This document shows, one piece after another, positions 1 to 12,013 of a DNA stretch of 64,000 bases (its first letter is position 1; the number at the start of each line of letters is the position of its first letter). Origin of the DNA: Phaeosaccion multiseriatum (Eukaryota > Protista > Ochrophyta, other classes). The notes beneath the pieces were generated by a model. The model searched no databases, had not been told where the DNA came from, and was given only the letters and a program-made list of their open reading frames with translations. Both the position numbers and the translations under genes were made by a program. The stretch is from positions 124,001-188,000 of the forward strand of contig OZ218951.1 in assembly GCA_965112735.1 (NCBI GenBank), written 5' to 3'.

Positions 1-84
1 TCCTCCCTTTCACCGCCCTTGGCCCTCCCTCCCTCAGCAGTCTAGCCCCGCTCCTCCCCCCCCTCGCCCTTCCTGCCCACCCAG

Positions 85-2065
85 AAAATTGGCATCATTC
101 ACATCGACCGCCACGCGGACATCCAGGAGAAGGACCTTGACGAGCGCATGCACACGACGCCCTACTTCCACGCCACCAACATCCCCAACGTGCCCGCCAA
201 GAACCTCGTGCAGATCGGCATCGGGGGCTGGCAGGTCAGTGCCTCGTGTCAGGCAGGCACTCAGTCAGTCAGTCAGTCAGGCAGTCAGGCAGTCAGTCAG
301 GCAGTCAGTCAGTCGGTCAATCACTCACTCACTCGCTCACTCATTCAGTCATATTCAGTCAGTCAGTCAGTCGGTCACTCACTCATTCAGCCACTCATTC
401 AGTCACTCATTCAGTCAGTCAGTCAGTTGGTCAGTCAGTCATTTAGTCAGTCGCTCAGTCGGTCAGGCAGGCCTGTGAGGCTTTTTCTTTGTCTTCCTCT
501 CCTCTCTATTTCTCTACGTGATGCTCTCTCTCTTGCATTTCTATTTCTCTCTAGTCCTGCCCCCCCCAGTGTTGCTCAGGCCGTGTGCCCCTAACGTGGT
601 CTCTGTACTGCCCCGTATGCCTCTACTCTGTCTCATCTACTGCCCATTTGCCTCTGCTCAGGTGCCCCGCGCTGCCGTACCCAACATGCGAGACCGCTTC
701 ACCAACATCTTCACCATGCAGGACCTCGACGACCTCGGCCTGGACAAGGTACTTCTTACGTATGAGTGTGTATGTGTCGTGTGTATGTGTGTGAGTGTGC
801 ATGTGTGTGTATGTGTGAATGTGCATGTGTGTGTATATGTGTCGTGTGCATGTGTGTGTGTACGTGTGTGAGTGTGCATGTGTGTGTATGTGTGTGTGCT
901 TTCGTGTAGGTAGAGGAGAGCCTTGCCAGTGACGCATAAGGTCTGCCCTCCCTACTGCGGGACTTCGCTGCCTTCGACACATGTCGCTGAATCTTGCTTG
1001 CTACCCTGGGGCCTCACACACCGCTCAACACACACACACACACACACACACTCCACACAACACACAACACAAAAGGTGATCGAGATGGCTCTCGAGGCGG
1101 CGTGGGACGGCGTTGACGCGGTGTACCTCTCCTTCGATATCGACAGCTTGGACGCAGGGTGAGTGAGCTCTTCTTGCCTCCCTCTGTCTCTTCTGTGTCC
1201 CGTGCCCTGTCTGGGGACGACGCTGCCCTTGCTCCTCGCTCCTCTCACACCACACGCATCCCGTCCCCTGCCACCCCCTGCCACCCTCTGCCACCCCCTG
1301 CCACCCCCTGCCACCCCCTGCCATCCCCTGCCACCCCCTGCCATCCCCTGCCACCCCCTGCCATCCCCTGCCACCCTCTGCCATCCCCTGCCACCCCCTG
1401 CCATCCCCTGCCACCCCCTGCCACCCCCTGCCATCCCCTGCCATCCCCTGCCATCCCCTGCCATCCCCTGTCATGGACGACCACAGTTTCGTGCCCGGCA
1501 CCGGCTGGCCAGAGCCTGGGGGCTTGATGCCGAGAGAGGCGCACAAGATCGTCGGAGGAGTGGCCAAGGAAGGTGAGAGGGTCAGACAGTCACAGGAGTG
1601 CCCCAAGGAGGATGGGAGGAGAGGAAAGAGAGGGTGGAGGGGGACGGCGGTTTGAGACGACGAGATCGATATCGCTAGGCTTGTGTCTCATGTGACGGTG
1701 CCGCCTGCGGCCTCCGCCGTGCTTCTCTGATGCCCCCCCCTTTCCCTTCCTCCCCAGGCCTGTGCGGCATGGAGCTTGTGGAGGTGTCTCCCCCCTACGA
1801 CGTGGCTGACACCACCTCGCTGCAGGTAAGTGAAGTGGGGAGAAAGGGGGATGAGTAAGTCAGTGAGGAGAAGGTGACAATCCATGTAAGCCAAGCGCCC
1901 TTCCTCACTGTGCATGCACCACTGCTGCATCCCCCCTGCTGCATCCACCCTGCTGCATCCACCTAGGGCCTGCGAGTTATCGTGGAGACGATGGGGGCTC
2001 TCGTCGGCGCCGGAAAGATGGGCGCTCACAAGCACATCATTGACAAGGAGTGGACTCCTTTCTAA
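85..2065 (+). CDS. gdmH: Guanidine hydrolase (GdmH/guanidinase-type ureohydrolase, arginase/agmatinase fold); 3' part only. Exons 85-234, 662-748, 1076-1158, 1487-1572, 1758-1825, 1967-2065
   Basis: Spliced translation: KIGIIHIDRHADIQEKDLDERMHTTPYFHATNIPNVPAKNLVQIGIGGWQ|VPRAAVPNMRDRFTNIFTMQDLDDLGLDK|VIEMALEAAWDGVDAVYLSFDIDSLDAG|FVPGTGWPEPGGLMPREAHKIVGGVAKEG|LCGMELVEVSPPYDVADTTSLQ|GLRVIVETMGALVGAGKMGAHKHIIDKEWTPF*. DxHxD and SFDIDxxD are metal-binding motifs. DERMHT, GIGGWQ and GTGWPEPGG match my recollection of the Synechocystis Sll1077/GdmH clade. All intron phases are consistent. Confidence 0.88.
1265..1470. repeat. 10-bp intronic tandem repeat (CCA[C/T]CCCCTG)n, ~20 units
   Basis: Read directly; in an intron of the gdmH-like gene. 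Confidence 0.9.
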
Positions 2066-2685
2066 GCGGGTCCCAGAGGGCCCCAGAGCAGAGAGTGTCG
2101 GACAAAGTGTATTTTTATTGTATAGAATTTATGAAATACAATTGGGTCGGCGAAATGGCCTATCCGTCCGAACAGAAAGAGACCCAAAAAGGGGAAGAAT
2201 CCCTGTACAGTTTTCACACACGAGTCTGTACCGATACCGCTCCTATAGCTTTATCACTCTATATAATGATTGGTCATGGGGGGAGAAACTGAAAGACGTG
2301 AAAGTGTGTGGGTGGGTGCGGGTGTCGCGTGTGTGTGTGTGTGTTTGTGACGTACGTGACCACCAGCAGTGACAAAACCCGGATCACCAACACGCGACGA
2401 TTACGCGCCTATTTCGAATCTCTCACCATTTTGGTGGAGCCCGGTTTGCGGCCGTCCACCCTTGTTGGAGAGTGCTAACGACCCCGCTACTGGTTTTCTA
2501 ACCGAAGCGAGAAGAGGCTGAGGTACTGCTGAGTCGCGGCATCATCAGGCGTTGGCACGTCTCCTGGAGTTTCTAACGCTCAAATCCCTCTCAGCCTACG
2601 TGGGAGCGGCGCATTTTTCTCCCTTCCCTTTGTGTCTTGAGACCTCCAGACTGCCCTTCAGAGAGGGTAGGCGGCGTCGTACAGT

Positions 2686-3624
2686 ATGTCTCCTACGCGA
2701 ACTAGTCGGAGGAGATCGGAAGCGTCGTTGGAAGTGAAACGGCCTCACCCAGCTGTCACAAGGAGGTCATCTATTGAGACTCGCTCTGCCACAAGGAGGC
2801 GCAGTCAAGGTGTGCTGCTCTCCCAAGTCGAATACAGGGAGGCGGAGGCGGAGGCTGAGGCGGAGGAGACGGAGCAGGAGAAGGGATGTGATGTGAATGA
2901 GGAGGAGGGCTGGGAGGAGTCGGAGACGTCGGGTCCGGCCCGCTCACTGCTTCTCCTCACCCTGCTCTGTCTCATCGTGTCGGGGGCGGCGGCTCTCAGC
3001 AGTTTTATCAATGCCCCAACAGCAAATGGGGCGGAGAAGTGGCGAAACCCCGCCGGAGGGGGGCGAGAAGGGTGGGCAGGCTACAACGGAACCGCCGGTG
3101 GGGAACAGGGCGGCGAGAGGGGGAGCAGGGAGGAGCAGCTCGCGTCGTCCCTGGTGGGCGCCTCTCTCCTGCACTCGGGATCTCCCTCTGCTGCCATCTT
3201 GGAGCTGCTGCGGGCCCAGGCCATGGGGCGCGAGGACCATCTCATCGAGTATAACCTTGGCGCGGCGTGGGCGCTGGTAAGGGACGGAGGCAGTGAAGGG
3301 GAAGAGGGTGAGTTTTCGCTGCAAAACGCGGGCGTGCAGGCGGTGTTGGCCTTTGAGAGGGCGGTGCGAATACAGCCCGCCCACCTCCCCGCGTGGGTGA
3401 ACCTGGGCGTGGCGCACATGCGGCAGGGCAAGCTCGATGATGCGGTCGCAGCCTTCCGGAGGGCCATCTTCCTCAGCGATGGGCTGCTCGACGCTGGGGG
3501 AGGAGGAGGAGGGGGAGTGAGCGGTGTGGCCTTAGCGGACGTGCCTGCGGTGAGGGGAGTGGCTGTGTCCAATTTAAACATTGTGCTGAGTGCGCAGAGC
3601 AGCGAGGGCGTGGGTGCGCAGTGA
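2686..3624 (+). CDS. Short TM-anchored TPR protein (312 aa); internally deleted, truncated paralogue of the gene at 4534 (possibly a pseudogene)
   Basis: Intronless ORF with hydrophobic segment LLLLTLLCLIVSGAAAL and TPR consensus (FERAVRIQPAHLPAWVNLGVAHMRQGKLDDAVAAFRRAI). Collinear with the N-terminus and TPR core of the downstream gene. Confidence 0.7.
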   Translation: MSPTRTSRRRSEASLEVKRPHPAVTRRSSIETRSATRRRSQGVLLSQVEYREAEAEAEAEETEQEKGCDVNEEEGWEESETSGPARSLLLLTLLCLIVSGAAALSSFINAPTANGAEKWRNPAGGGREGWAGYNGTAGGEQGGERGSREEQLASSLVGASLLHSGSPSAAILELLRAQAMGREDHLIEYNLGAAWALVRDGGSEGEEGEFSLQNAGVQAVLAFERAVRIQPAHLPAWVNLGVAHMRQGKLDDAVAAFRRAIFLSDGLLDAGGGGGGGVSGVALADVPAVRGVAVSNLNIVLSAQSSEGVGAQ

Positions 3625-4533
3625 GGACACAGGCAGCAGGAGGGAGCAGGTCGAAGGGAGGAGGGGGGGGCGAGGCAGGACGGGGCTGTGACGCTGTTCG
3701 TTGGCTCTTAAATGACCCCCCTGGGGACCCTCTCGTGGAGGGTGTGGGGGTGTGGCCCCTGCCGCATGGCCGACACTTGCAGCCGCCCTGCACAAGCCCC
3801 CTGCAGGTGAGGAATTGAGGTGAAGGTCTTGGCCCACCCCGCCCCAACCGTGAGTACGTCAAGCCAGTTACTCACGTACGTGTGCCACGCCCATCTTACT
3901 GACTTGCTGCAGGCTCTGCGAATTCTCGTGGAGGCCATCAATCAGGGCTCTGCCTCGTGGGGAATGTGAGGATCGGTGCTCACAAGCAGTGCTCACAAGC
4001 AGCGTTATTGGTTATTTAGAAGGGGCGAGGACGCCTTTCTATGCAGGGAGGCCGGAACGCCTCCAGAGAGGGGATCAGTGTGTACTTTGCTTTGTACACC
4101 TTGTTATTCTAACACTCGATTTGCGTAAGAATCGCCCAAATCGCAATAAATAAATGTTTTAGTCGAACTCAGGAAAATGACGCTGGGAGAAGCGCTAAAG
4201 CTCTTCGTGCAGCTCTTTGAGACGCCTACCGACACATAGTCTCTCGTCTTTCATTTTGAGGGTGAAAAATGACAATACATTATAAGTGCAAATCGAGGGC
4301 AAGTGTCGATGTCAAGTGTAAAAAAATTGGACCACCAACTTGTGAGGTTGGACTCTCGCTTGGAGCCCTCCAAGTGTTGACAACCTCCATTCCATGCGTA
4401 TTAACGTGATAAGGCAGCTGCAACGTTGGTATAAGCTGTAGTAGGTGGTTTATTTCCCCTCTCCCGTCCTTTGGATCCTTAGACCTCCGGATTACGGAGA
4501 TGTGGTGCATGATTCTTCTCCAACAATAGCAAC

Positions 4534-7057
4534 ATGCCCGAGCGAAAGAATCGGAGGAAGTCAGAGTCATCCCTTGACGATGTGGCGATGGAGCGAAGGC
4601 GGACTCGCTCTGCCGCAACGAAGGGCAGTGCCCCTGTGCTCTCCAATTGGAGCACGGAAGACCACAACTCCGCACAGTGGGAGGTGGAGGAGAAGGAGCA
4701 GGAGAAAGTGTGTGAGGTGAATGGGGGGGGGCAGCAGGTCCGTGATGACTCTGAAACCTCGGGTCCATCCCGCTCGCTGCTGCTCCTCATTCTGCTCTGC
4801 CTCATGGTGTCGGGGGGCGCGGCTCTCAGCAGCGTCGTCAAGGCCCCAGCAGCTAATGGTGCGCAGGAGGGGCGGCCTGTGCTCCCCGCCGGAGGGCGGC
4901 GAGAAGTGTGGGTAGATCAACGAGTAGAGGGCGCTACTACGCCAGGCAACGGAACCGCCGGCCCTGCTGGCTCCGTCAAGGGTGACGGGGAGGCTGAGGG
5001 GCAGGGGCAGGAGGGGGGGCAAGTCCACACAGCAGTTGGTCATGTCTCAGGCTTGGACGAGGGCACTCCGGACACAGAGCACAGGGCAGGGGAGGGGGGC
5101 GATCGAGTGCCGTTGGATGGCTCTCAGGATGCAGAGCTAAGCGTAGAGGAGGGGAGCGATGATCGAGTCTCATTGGCGGGCAGCGAAGAGGCACACCAAA
5201 GGGCAGAGCGCATCGAGGAGGCAGTGCTGGGAGAAGAGGGTGGCGGCGGAGGAAACGCGACTGAGCAGCGCGCCTTCGAGGAAGCGCAGGGTGCTTCTGA
5301 TGGTGAAGGAGGCCCAGAGGAGAGGCTCAGCCCGGATGCTGACGGCGAGTATGTGCAGCCGCACGTGGAGACTTCTATGGATGTGCGCGGAGGTGCAGCA
5401 GCAGTTGGTGATATAACGGTAGGCCCGAGAGCCGCTCGAGATGAGGCAGTACGACTGGAGGGGGTCACTAAAACACCAGCAGGGACTCAGGAAGGGAGTG
5501 GCGCAGAGGTAGATGGGGTGCTATTCGAGGCGGCTGGAGAGAAGCACGACATTCAGCAGCACCAGGAGCAGCAGCAGGAGCAGCAAGAGCAGCAGGAGCA
5601 GCAGCAGGAGCAGCAAGAGCAGCAGCAGCAGCAGGAGGAGCAGGAGCAGCAGGAGCAGCAGCAGGAGGCAGCAGCACAAGGACAAGCCGGGGGAGTTGGT
5701 GTTCGGGAGGGGAAGGGAGGAAATGGAGGGGGAGGAGAGCTCGAGGAGGAGCAAGCGCAGCATGGGCAGCAAGAGGGGCAGCCGTTGGTGATACAGCAGC
5801 AGCAACAACAGCAGAGGGAGCGAAGCCTAGAAGAGGGGGGGTTGACACGGAGAAGGGGAAAGGAGGAGGACGAGGACGAGGACGAGGACGAGGCTGACCG
5901 CCAGCAGGGGCGAAGAGAGTACGAGCACGCGCAGGCGATGGCCCTGGGCAAGCTCCTCATGAGGCGTCGCCAGCCTGAAGAGGCCGTGCTCGCCTTCCGA
6001 GTGGCCAGCAGAGCCCTTCCCCTGTCCGCAGAGGCGCTCTTGCTGCTGGGGGAAAGCGCGAGGGCGCTGCATGCGGCAGGGCCGGGGGAGGGGATGGCAG
6101 GGGACGGGGAGCAGGCCCTGCTGGAGGCCAGGCAAGCTTGCCAGAGCGCCGCGGAGCTGAGGCCGCCCCACACAAGTGAGTCTGACGTGGCCACCTCTGG
6201 ACACCCCTTCTTCTTGCCTCCTTCCTGGCTTTGGGCCGTGGCTGTTGGTGCCCTATGTCGGTGTGCCCTCCCCTCTCCTCTCCTCTCTTCCCCTCACATG
6301 TATTCCCCCCTCCCCCTTGTCTTTGTCTGAGCAGTGCTGCGCCGGGCCCTCATGTGCGTGGGCCTCACAGAGCACTCCCTCGGCAACGCACAGGCCGCTA
6401 CCGAGGCCTTCTCCACCGCCAATACTCTCTCAAGCAGCGTGCCCAGTGACAGCAGCGCAGAGACCTCCCTCGTCAGCACCAGCCACTTGGGCAGCAGCGA
6501 CGAACAACTCGCGTCGTCCCTGGTGGGCGCCTCTCTCCTGCACTCGGGATCTCCCTCTGCTGCCATCTTGGAGCTGCTGCGGGCCCAGGCCATGGGGCGC
6601 GAGGACCATCTCATCGAGTATAACCTTGGCGCGGCGTGGGCGTTGGTCAGGGACGGAGGCAGTGAAGGGGAAGAGGGTGAGTTTTCGCTGCAAAACGCGG
6701 GCGTGCAGGCGGTGTTGGCCTTTGAGAGGGCGGTGCGAATACAGCCCGCCCACCTCCCCGCGTGGGTGAACCTGGGCGTGGCGCACATGCGGCAGGGCAA
6801 GCTCGATGATGCGGTCGCGGCCTTCCGGAGGGCCATCTTCCTCAGCGATGTGGTGATACAGCAACAGGGGCTGCTCGGCGAGGCTGGGGGCGAGGGGGGC
6901 GCTGGGCAGCTCCAGCCATCGGGAGACGGAAACGGGGGAGGCGGGAGCGGAGGGGGGGGGAGAGAGAGAGCGGAGTGGCCGTGACGGATGTGCCTGCGGT
7001 TCGGGCTGTGGCTGTGTCCAATTTAAAGGTTGTCATACAGCAGCGGCAGTTGATGAT

Positions 7058-7094
<37 letters not shown>

Positions 7095-10000
7095 CAGTTG
7101 GTGCTACAGCAGCAGGGCAGCGGAGAGGGGGCAGGCAGTGAGGTTCATTCGGGAGGCAGCAGCACGACTGGTGGGGGCCTTGTGGGGGGCAGCAGCACTG
7201 GACATGGCGACAGCGACAACGATAGCGACAACAATAACGGCAGCCGCGTTCTAAAATCCGCTGCATCATCATCATCATCATCATCACTATCATCATCATT
7301 ATCATCATCAGCTTTCCCTTCCCAGAGGGAGGAGGGGCTCGTAGCGACGACAGGAGAAGGTCGACAGCAGCAGCATGGGGGGGAGGAGGCAGCGAAGAAG
7401 GCGGAGCGGGAGGAGCAGGAAGAAGAGGTGGAGGAGGAACAGGATAAGGAGGAGCAGGAGGAGGAGGAAGAGGAGGAGCAGGAGAAGGAGGGTGCGAAGG
7501 CGAAAGAGTTAAGGGGCATCAGTGATGTGACAGACCAGGACATGATGGGACGCCAAGACGGCACTGGCGCAGATGAAGAGGGGCTTGAGATGGAGGAGGA
7601 GAGACTGATGGAACAGGAGGCTTTGCGAGTTGAGGAGGAAGAAGGGGAGAAGGGCGAGGATGGCGAGGATATTGAGGGACTCAAGGTAGAGGAGAAGAGC
7701 GATCACGGCAAGGAGGGACGGAAGGTAGAGGAGGAGGGGATGGAGATGAAGGAGGAGGAGGAGGAGGAGGAGAAGAAGCGCGAAGGTGCTAGACACACAT
7801 GCTCTGGGGAAGATGGTTTCCGAATCGAAGAGGAGGAGAATCAAGATGATACGGAAGAGAAGGACAACGAGGTTCTAGGAGTAGAAGAGAAGGTGGAGGA
7901 GGATGAGAGGGGGGAGGAGACAGGGCTTGAGGGGGCGGAGCATGTCGATGCGGCGGAGGTGGAGATAAAGGAAAAGCTTGAGACGAAGGATGTGATGGAG
8001 CAGAAGATGAAGGAGAACATGGATGACGAGAAGGAGGAGGATGAAGAGGAGGAGGCGCGAAAGGAGGAGCAGAAGGGGCACATACAGGAGGAGATGGAGG
8101 AGGAGGAGGAGGAGGAGGAGGAGGAGGAGGAGGAGACGAGGGGGAAGATAAGTGAAGAGAAACAGAAGCAGGACCTGGAGGAGCAGGTAGAGAAGGAAGA
8201 GGAGGAGGAGGAGGAGGAGGAGAGTAGACTTGAGGAGAATGCAAAGGAGGACAAGGAGGAGAAGATAGGGAAGGTGGACGAAGAGAAGGATGAGCAGGAG
8301 CAGGTTGAGAAGGAGAAGGAGCAGCTAGAGGAGGAGGAGGAGGAGGAGGAGGAGGAGGAGGAGGAGGAGGAGAAGAAGAAGAAGGAGCAGAAAGAAGAGG
8401 AAAAGGAGGAGGTAGCAGGGGAGGAGGAGGAGAAAGGACTTGACGTAAATCCGGAGGAAGCGGAGGAGGAGCTCAAGAGGAAGACTGATGAGGAAGAGGA
8501 AGAGGAGGCCGAGGAGGAGCAGCAAAAAGAAGAGGAGAAGGAGGAGGTAGAGGAGAAAGGACTTGACGTAAATGCGGATGATGACCTGAAGCGACAGACT
8601 CAGCAGCAGGAGGAGGAGGAGGAGGAAGAGGAGCCTGAGGAGGAGCAGCAGAAAGAAGAGGGGAAGAAGGAGGTAGATGAGGAGGCGGAGGAAGAGGAGA
8701 AAGGACTTGACGTAAATGCGGAGGATGACCTGAAGCGGCAGACTCAGGGGGAGGAGAAGGAGGAGGAAGAGGAGGAAGGACTTGACGTAAATGCGGAGGA
8801 TGACCAGAAGCGGCAGACTCAGCAGGAGGAGGAGGAGGATGAGGAGAAGGAGGAGGAGAAGGAGAAGGATATGGACGAGGAGGAGGAGCCCGAGGAGGAG
8901 CAGCAGAAAGAAGAGGAGAAGGAGGAGGTAGAGGAGGAGGCGGAGGAAGAGGAGAAAGGGCTTGACGTAAATGCGGAGGATGACCTGAAGCGGCAGACTC
9001 AGCAGGAGAAGAAGGAGAAGGAGGAGGAAGAGGAGCCCGAGGAGGAGCAGCAGAAAGAAGAGGAGAAGGGGGAGGTAGAGGAGGAGGCGGAGGAAGAGGA
9101 GAAAGGGGTTGACGTAAATGCGGAGGATGACCTGAAGCGGCAGACTCAGCAGGAGGAGGAGGAGGATGAGGAGAAGGAGGAGGAGAAGGAGAAGGATAAG
9201 GACGAGGAGGAGGAGCCCGAGGAGGAGCAGCAGAAAGAAGAGGAGAAGGAGGAGGTAGAGGAGGAGGCGGAGGAAGAGGAGAAAGGGCTTGACGTAAATG
9301 CGGAGGATGACCTGAAGCGGCAGACTCAGCAGGAGAAGAAGGAGAAGGAGGAGGAAGAGGAGCCCGAGGAGGAGCAGCAGAAAGAAGAGGAGAAGGGGGA
9401 GGTAGAGGAGGAGGCGGAGGAAGAGGAGAAAGGGGTTGACGTAAATGCGGAGGATGACCTGAAGCGGCAGACTCAGCAGGAGGCGAAGGAGAAGGAGGAG
9501 AAGGGGGAGGAAGAGGAGCCCGAGGAGGAGGAGCAGAAAGAAGAGGAGAAGGGGGAGGTAGAGGAGGAGGCGAAGGAAAAGGAGAAAGGACTCGACGTAA
9601 ATGCGGAGGATGACCTGAAGCGGCAGACTCAGGAGGCAGAGGAGGAGCAGAAGGGGCAGAGTGGTGAAAAGAAGGAGAAGGAGCAGGAGCAGCAGATAGA
9701 GGAGGAGAAGGAGGTGGAGGACGAGCAGCAGCAGGAGGACGAGGAGGGTACAGAGGACGGCCTTGGGGAGAAGGAGAAAGAGATGATGGAGGGAGGTGTC
9801 AAGGTGAAGGATGAAGGGGAGGAGACAGAGCCGAAGGATGAGGAGGACGGGTACCAAGCTGCCGGAAAAGATACCTCCGACGACCCTAAGGCGGAGGACA
9901 GCGCGGTGGGTGGCCCCGAGGAGGAGGGGGAGGGCGAGGAGAGCCCCGAGGAGGAGGAGGAAGAGGTCTCAAAGGAGGAGGAGGAGGAGGAGGAGGAGGA

Positions 10001-11454
10001 GGAGGAGGAGGAGGAGGAGGTCTCAAAGGAGAAGGAGGAGGAGGAAATGAAGGGGAATCTCGAGTTGAATGAGGAAGGGAAGGAGACGGAGGCGAAGAAT
10101 GAGGAGGAGAAGGAGACAGTAGAGGAGGAGAAGAAGGAGCAGGATGATGATGGATATCAGGTTCAGGAGGAGGAGAAGCAGATAGAGAAGGAGGAGGATG
10201 GCCTTGGGGAGAAGGAGAAGGTGGAGGGAGGTGTTGAGGTGAAGGGTGGAGGGGAGGAGACAGAGGCGAAGGATGAGGAGGAGGAGCACCGAGGTGCTGG
10301 ACAGGCGGCATCATCTACCTCTGAGGACATCGAGGGGAAGACGGAGGACAGCTCGGAGGGCGGCCCTAAGGCGGAAGAAGAGGGGGAGGAGGAGGAGGAG
10401 GAGGAGGAGGAGGAGGAGGAGGAGGAGGAGGAGGAGGAGGAAGAGGAGGAGGAGGAGGAAGAGGAGGAGGAGGAGGAGGAGGAGGAGGAGGAGGAGGAGG
10501 AGGAGGAGGAGGAAGGCTCCAAGGAGAAAGAGGAGGGCGGGGACGCAGCAGGGGCTCTCGGCGACTCGGTGGGCACAGAGTCAGCGGCTGCGGAGGACAG
10601 CTCGGAGACCTCTCAGCGTGACGCGACAGTGGATATCGAGGTATCGACAGTGGATATCGAGGTATCCACGGCGGATACCCAGGTGTCCCAGGCACATGTC
10701 GAGGTGTCTCAGGCGGATATCGATGCTGCGAAGAGCTTTGTTCGACTGGGCGAGGCGTACCTGAAGCAGGGCAAATCCAAGCTGGCGCTGAAGCAGTTTC
10801 AGAAGGCGCAGGCCAAGCACCCCTCCGACTGGGCAGCCGCACACAAGACCGCCCTGCTGCACGAGAGCGCGGGGGACACAAAGATGGCAGTGGATGTGCT
10901 AGCCTCGGATGTGCTCCCCCTGCTGCTCGGCGACTCCGGCGGTTTGGAGGCATTGCCACAAGAGGTGCTCGAATTCACTCACCGCCTGGCTGAGGCGCTT
11001 GGAGACGGAGACGGAGACGGAGAGGCCCGCGAGCTCAAGGAGAGGCTGCTGGGGCCGCTCAGGAGGGCGCAGGGGCAGGGGAAGGGGAAGGGGACTGATC
11101 GGACTGGGACTCGCGCCTCCTCAACTGCTGCCGACGATGCCAGTGCTGGTGCTGGTGCTACTGCTGGTGCTGGTGCTGGCGATGATAGTGCTGCAGCCAC
11201 ACCAACAGCTCATGCTGCTGTAGATGGGAAGGGCCTGCAGCGGGCTTCTTCGTCTGACGGCGGGGAGGGTGAGGGCAGGGAAGGGAGGCGGGAAGAAAGG
11301 GAGGGAGGCGTGGAGGGGCGAGAGGGTGGGCAGCCGCAGAGGCCACAGGAGCACCAACAGCAGCAGGAGAGACGGCGGCAGCAGCTGCAACAGGAGCAGC
11401 AGGAGCTAATGCAGCAGCAACTGGAGAGGCAGCGGCAGCAGCAGAAGCAAAAGA

Positions 11455-11496
<42 letters not shown>

Positions 11497-11849
11497 GGCA
11501 GCAAGAGGAGCGCCCCCTGTCGCAAGCGGCGAAGGAGAAAGCGAAGGCGAAGGCGCTGTCCCAAGCGGAGCTGCTCGAGCCCGTGACGAGACCCAAGAGC
11601 AGGCTTGCCTCCAGGCTGAGGGAGATAGGCATCACAGATGGCGATAGTGCAATAGAGCTCGGGGCAGCGGCCACAGCGACTGGGGCTGCAGCGGCAGAGA
11701 GCAAGGCAAAGTCGAAGGCCAAGAGACACGGCTTCGACCTCGACTTTTCTCTCGGGGACGAGGACGAAGGGGGGAAGAAGAAAGCCCCGAGGAGGTTCGG
11801 AGGCGCCTTTAAGAAGATCAGAGGCCTCTTTGGATCCTCCTCCTCGTAG
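4534..11849 (+). CDS. Giant (~2,385 aa) single-pass TPR protein with a very long Glu-rich repeat region. Exons 4534-6175 and 6335-11849, with an apparent frameshift at ~6952-6970
   Basis: N-terminal basic region followed by a TM segment (SLLLLILLCLMVSGGAAL). TPRs near 5930-6840 and 10730-10900 (FVRLGEAYLKQGKSKLALKQFQKAQAKHP). GT-AG intron 6176-6334 joins HT|MLRR in phase. Homology with the paralogue (SGVAxxDVPAVRxVAVSNL) continues across the frame change in a G9/(AG)5 run. Confidence 0.75.
8430..9632 (+). repeat. Coding minisatellite: 9 copies of a (K/E)G(L/V)DVN(A/P)EDDLKRQTQ-type core in Glu-rich spacers, with a 327-bp higher-order duplication
   Basis: Cores near 8433, 8557, 8700, 8777, 8955, 9102, 9282, 9428 and 9585. 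The pairs 8955/9282 and 9102/9429 are offset by 327 bp. Confidence 0.9.
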
Positions 11850-11929
11850 GGCAGGGTAGGGTTAGGCTCTCCTCCTTGTAGGGCAGGGTAGGATTAGGGT
11901 TAGGCTCTAGCGCAATGCCCCTGTACATG

Positions 11930-12013
11930 ACATGACTGCCATTGATTCAATGACTGCCATTGATTCAATGACTGCCATTGATTCAATGCCCCACTACATG
12001 ACTGCCATTGATT
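11930..12013. repeat. 18-bp tandem repeat (TGACTGCCATTGATTCAA) x3 plus a further partial copy
   Basis: Read directly; lies just downstream of the stop codon of the giant TPR gene. Confidence 0.85.

Noticed and set aside
7033-11729. Many antisense and alternative-frame ORFs (poly-L, poly-S, poly-P, poly-R)
   Set aside because: Shadows of the GAG-rich coding strand.
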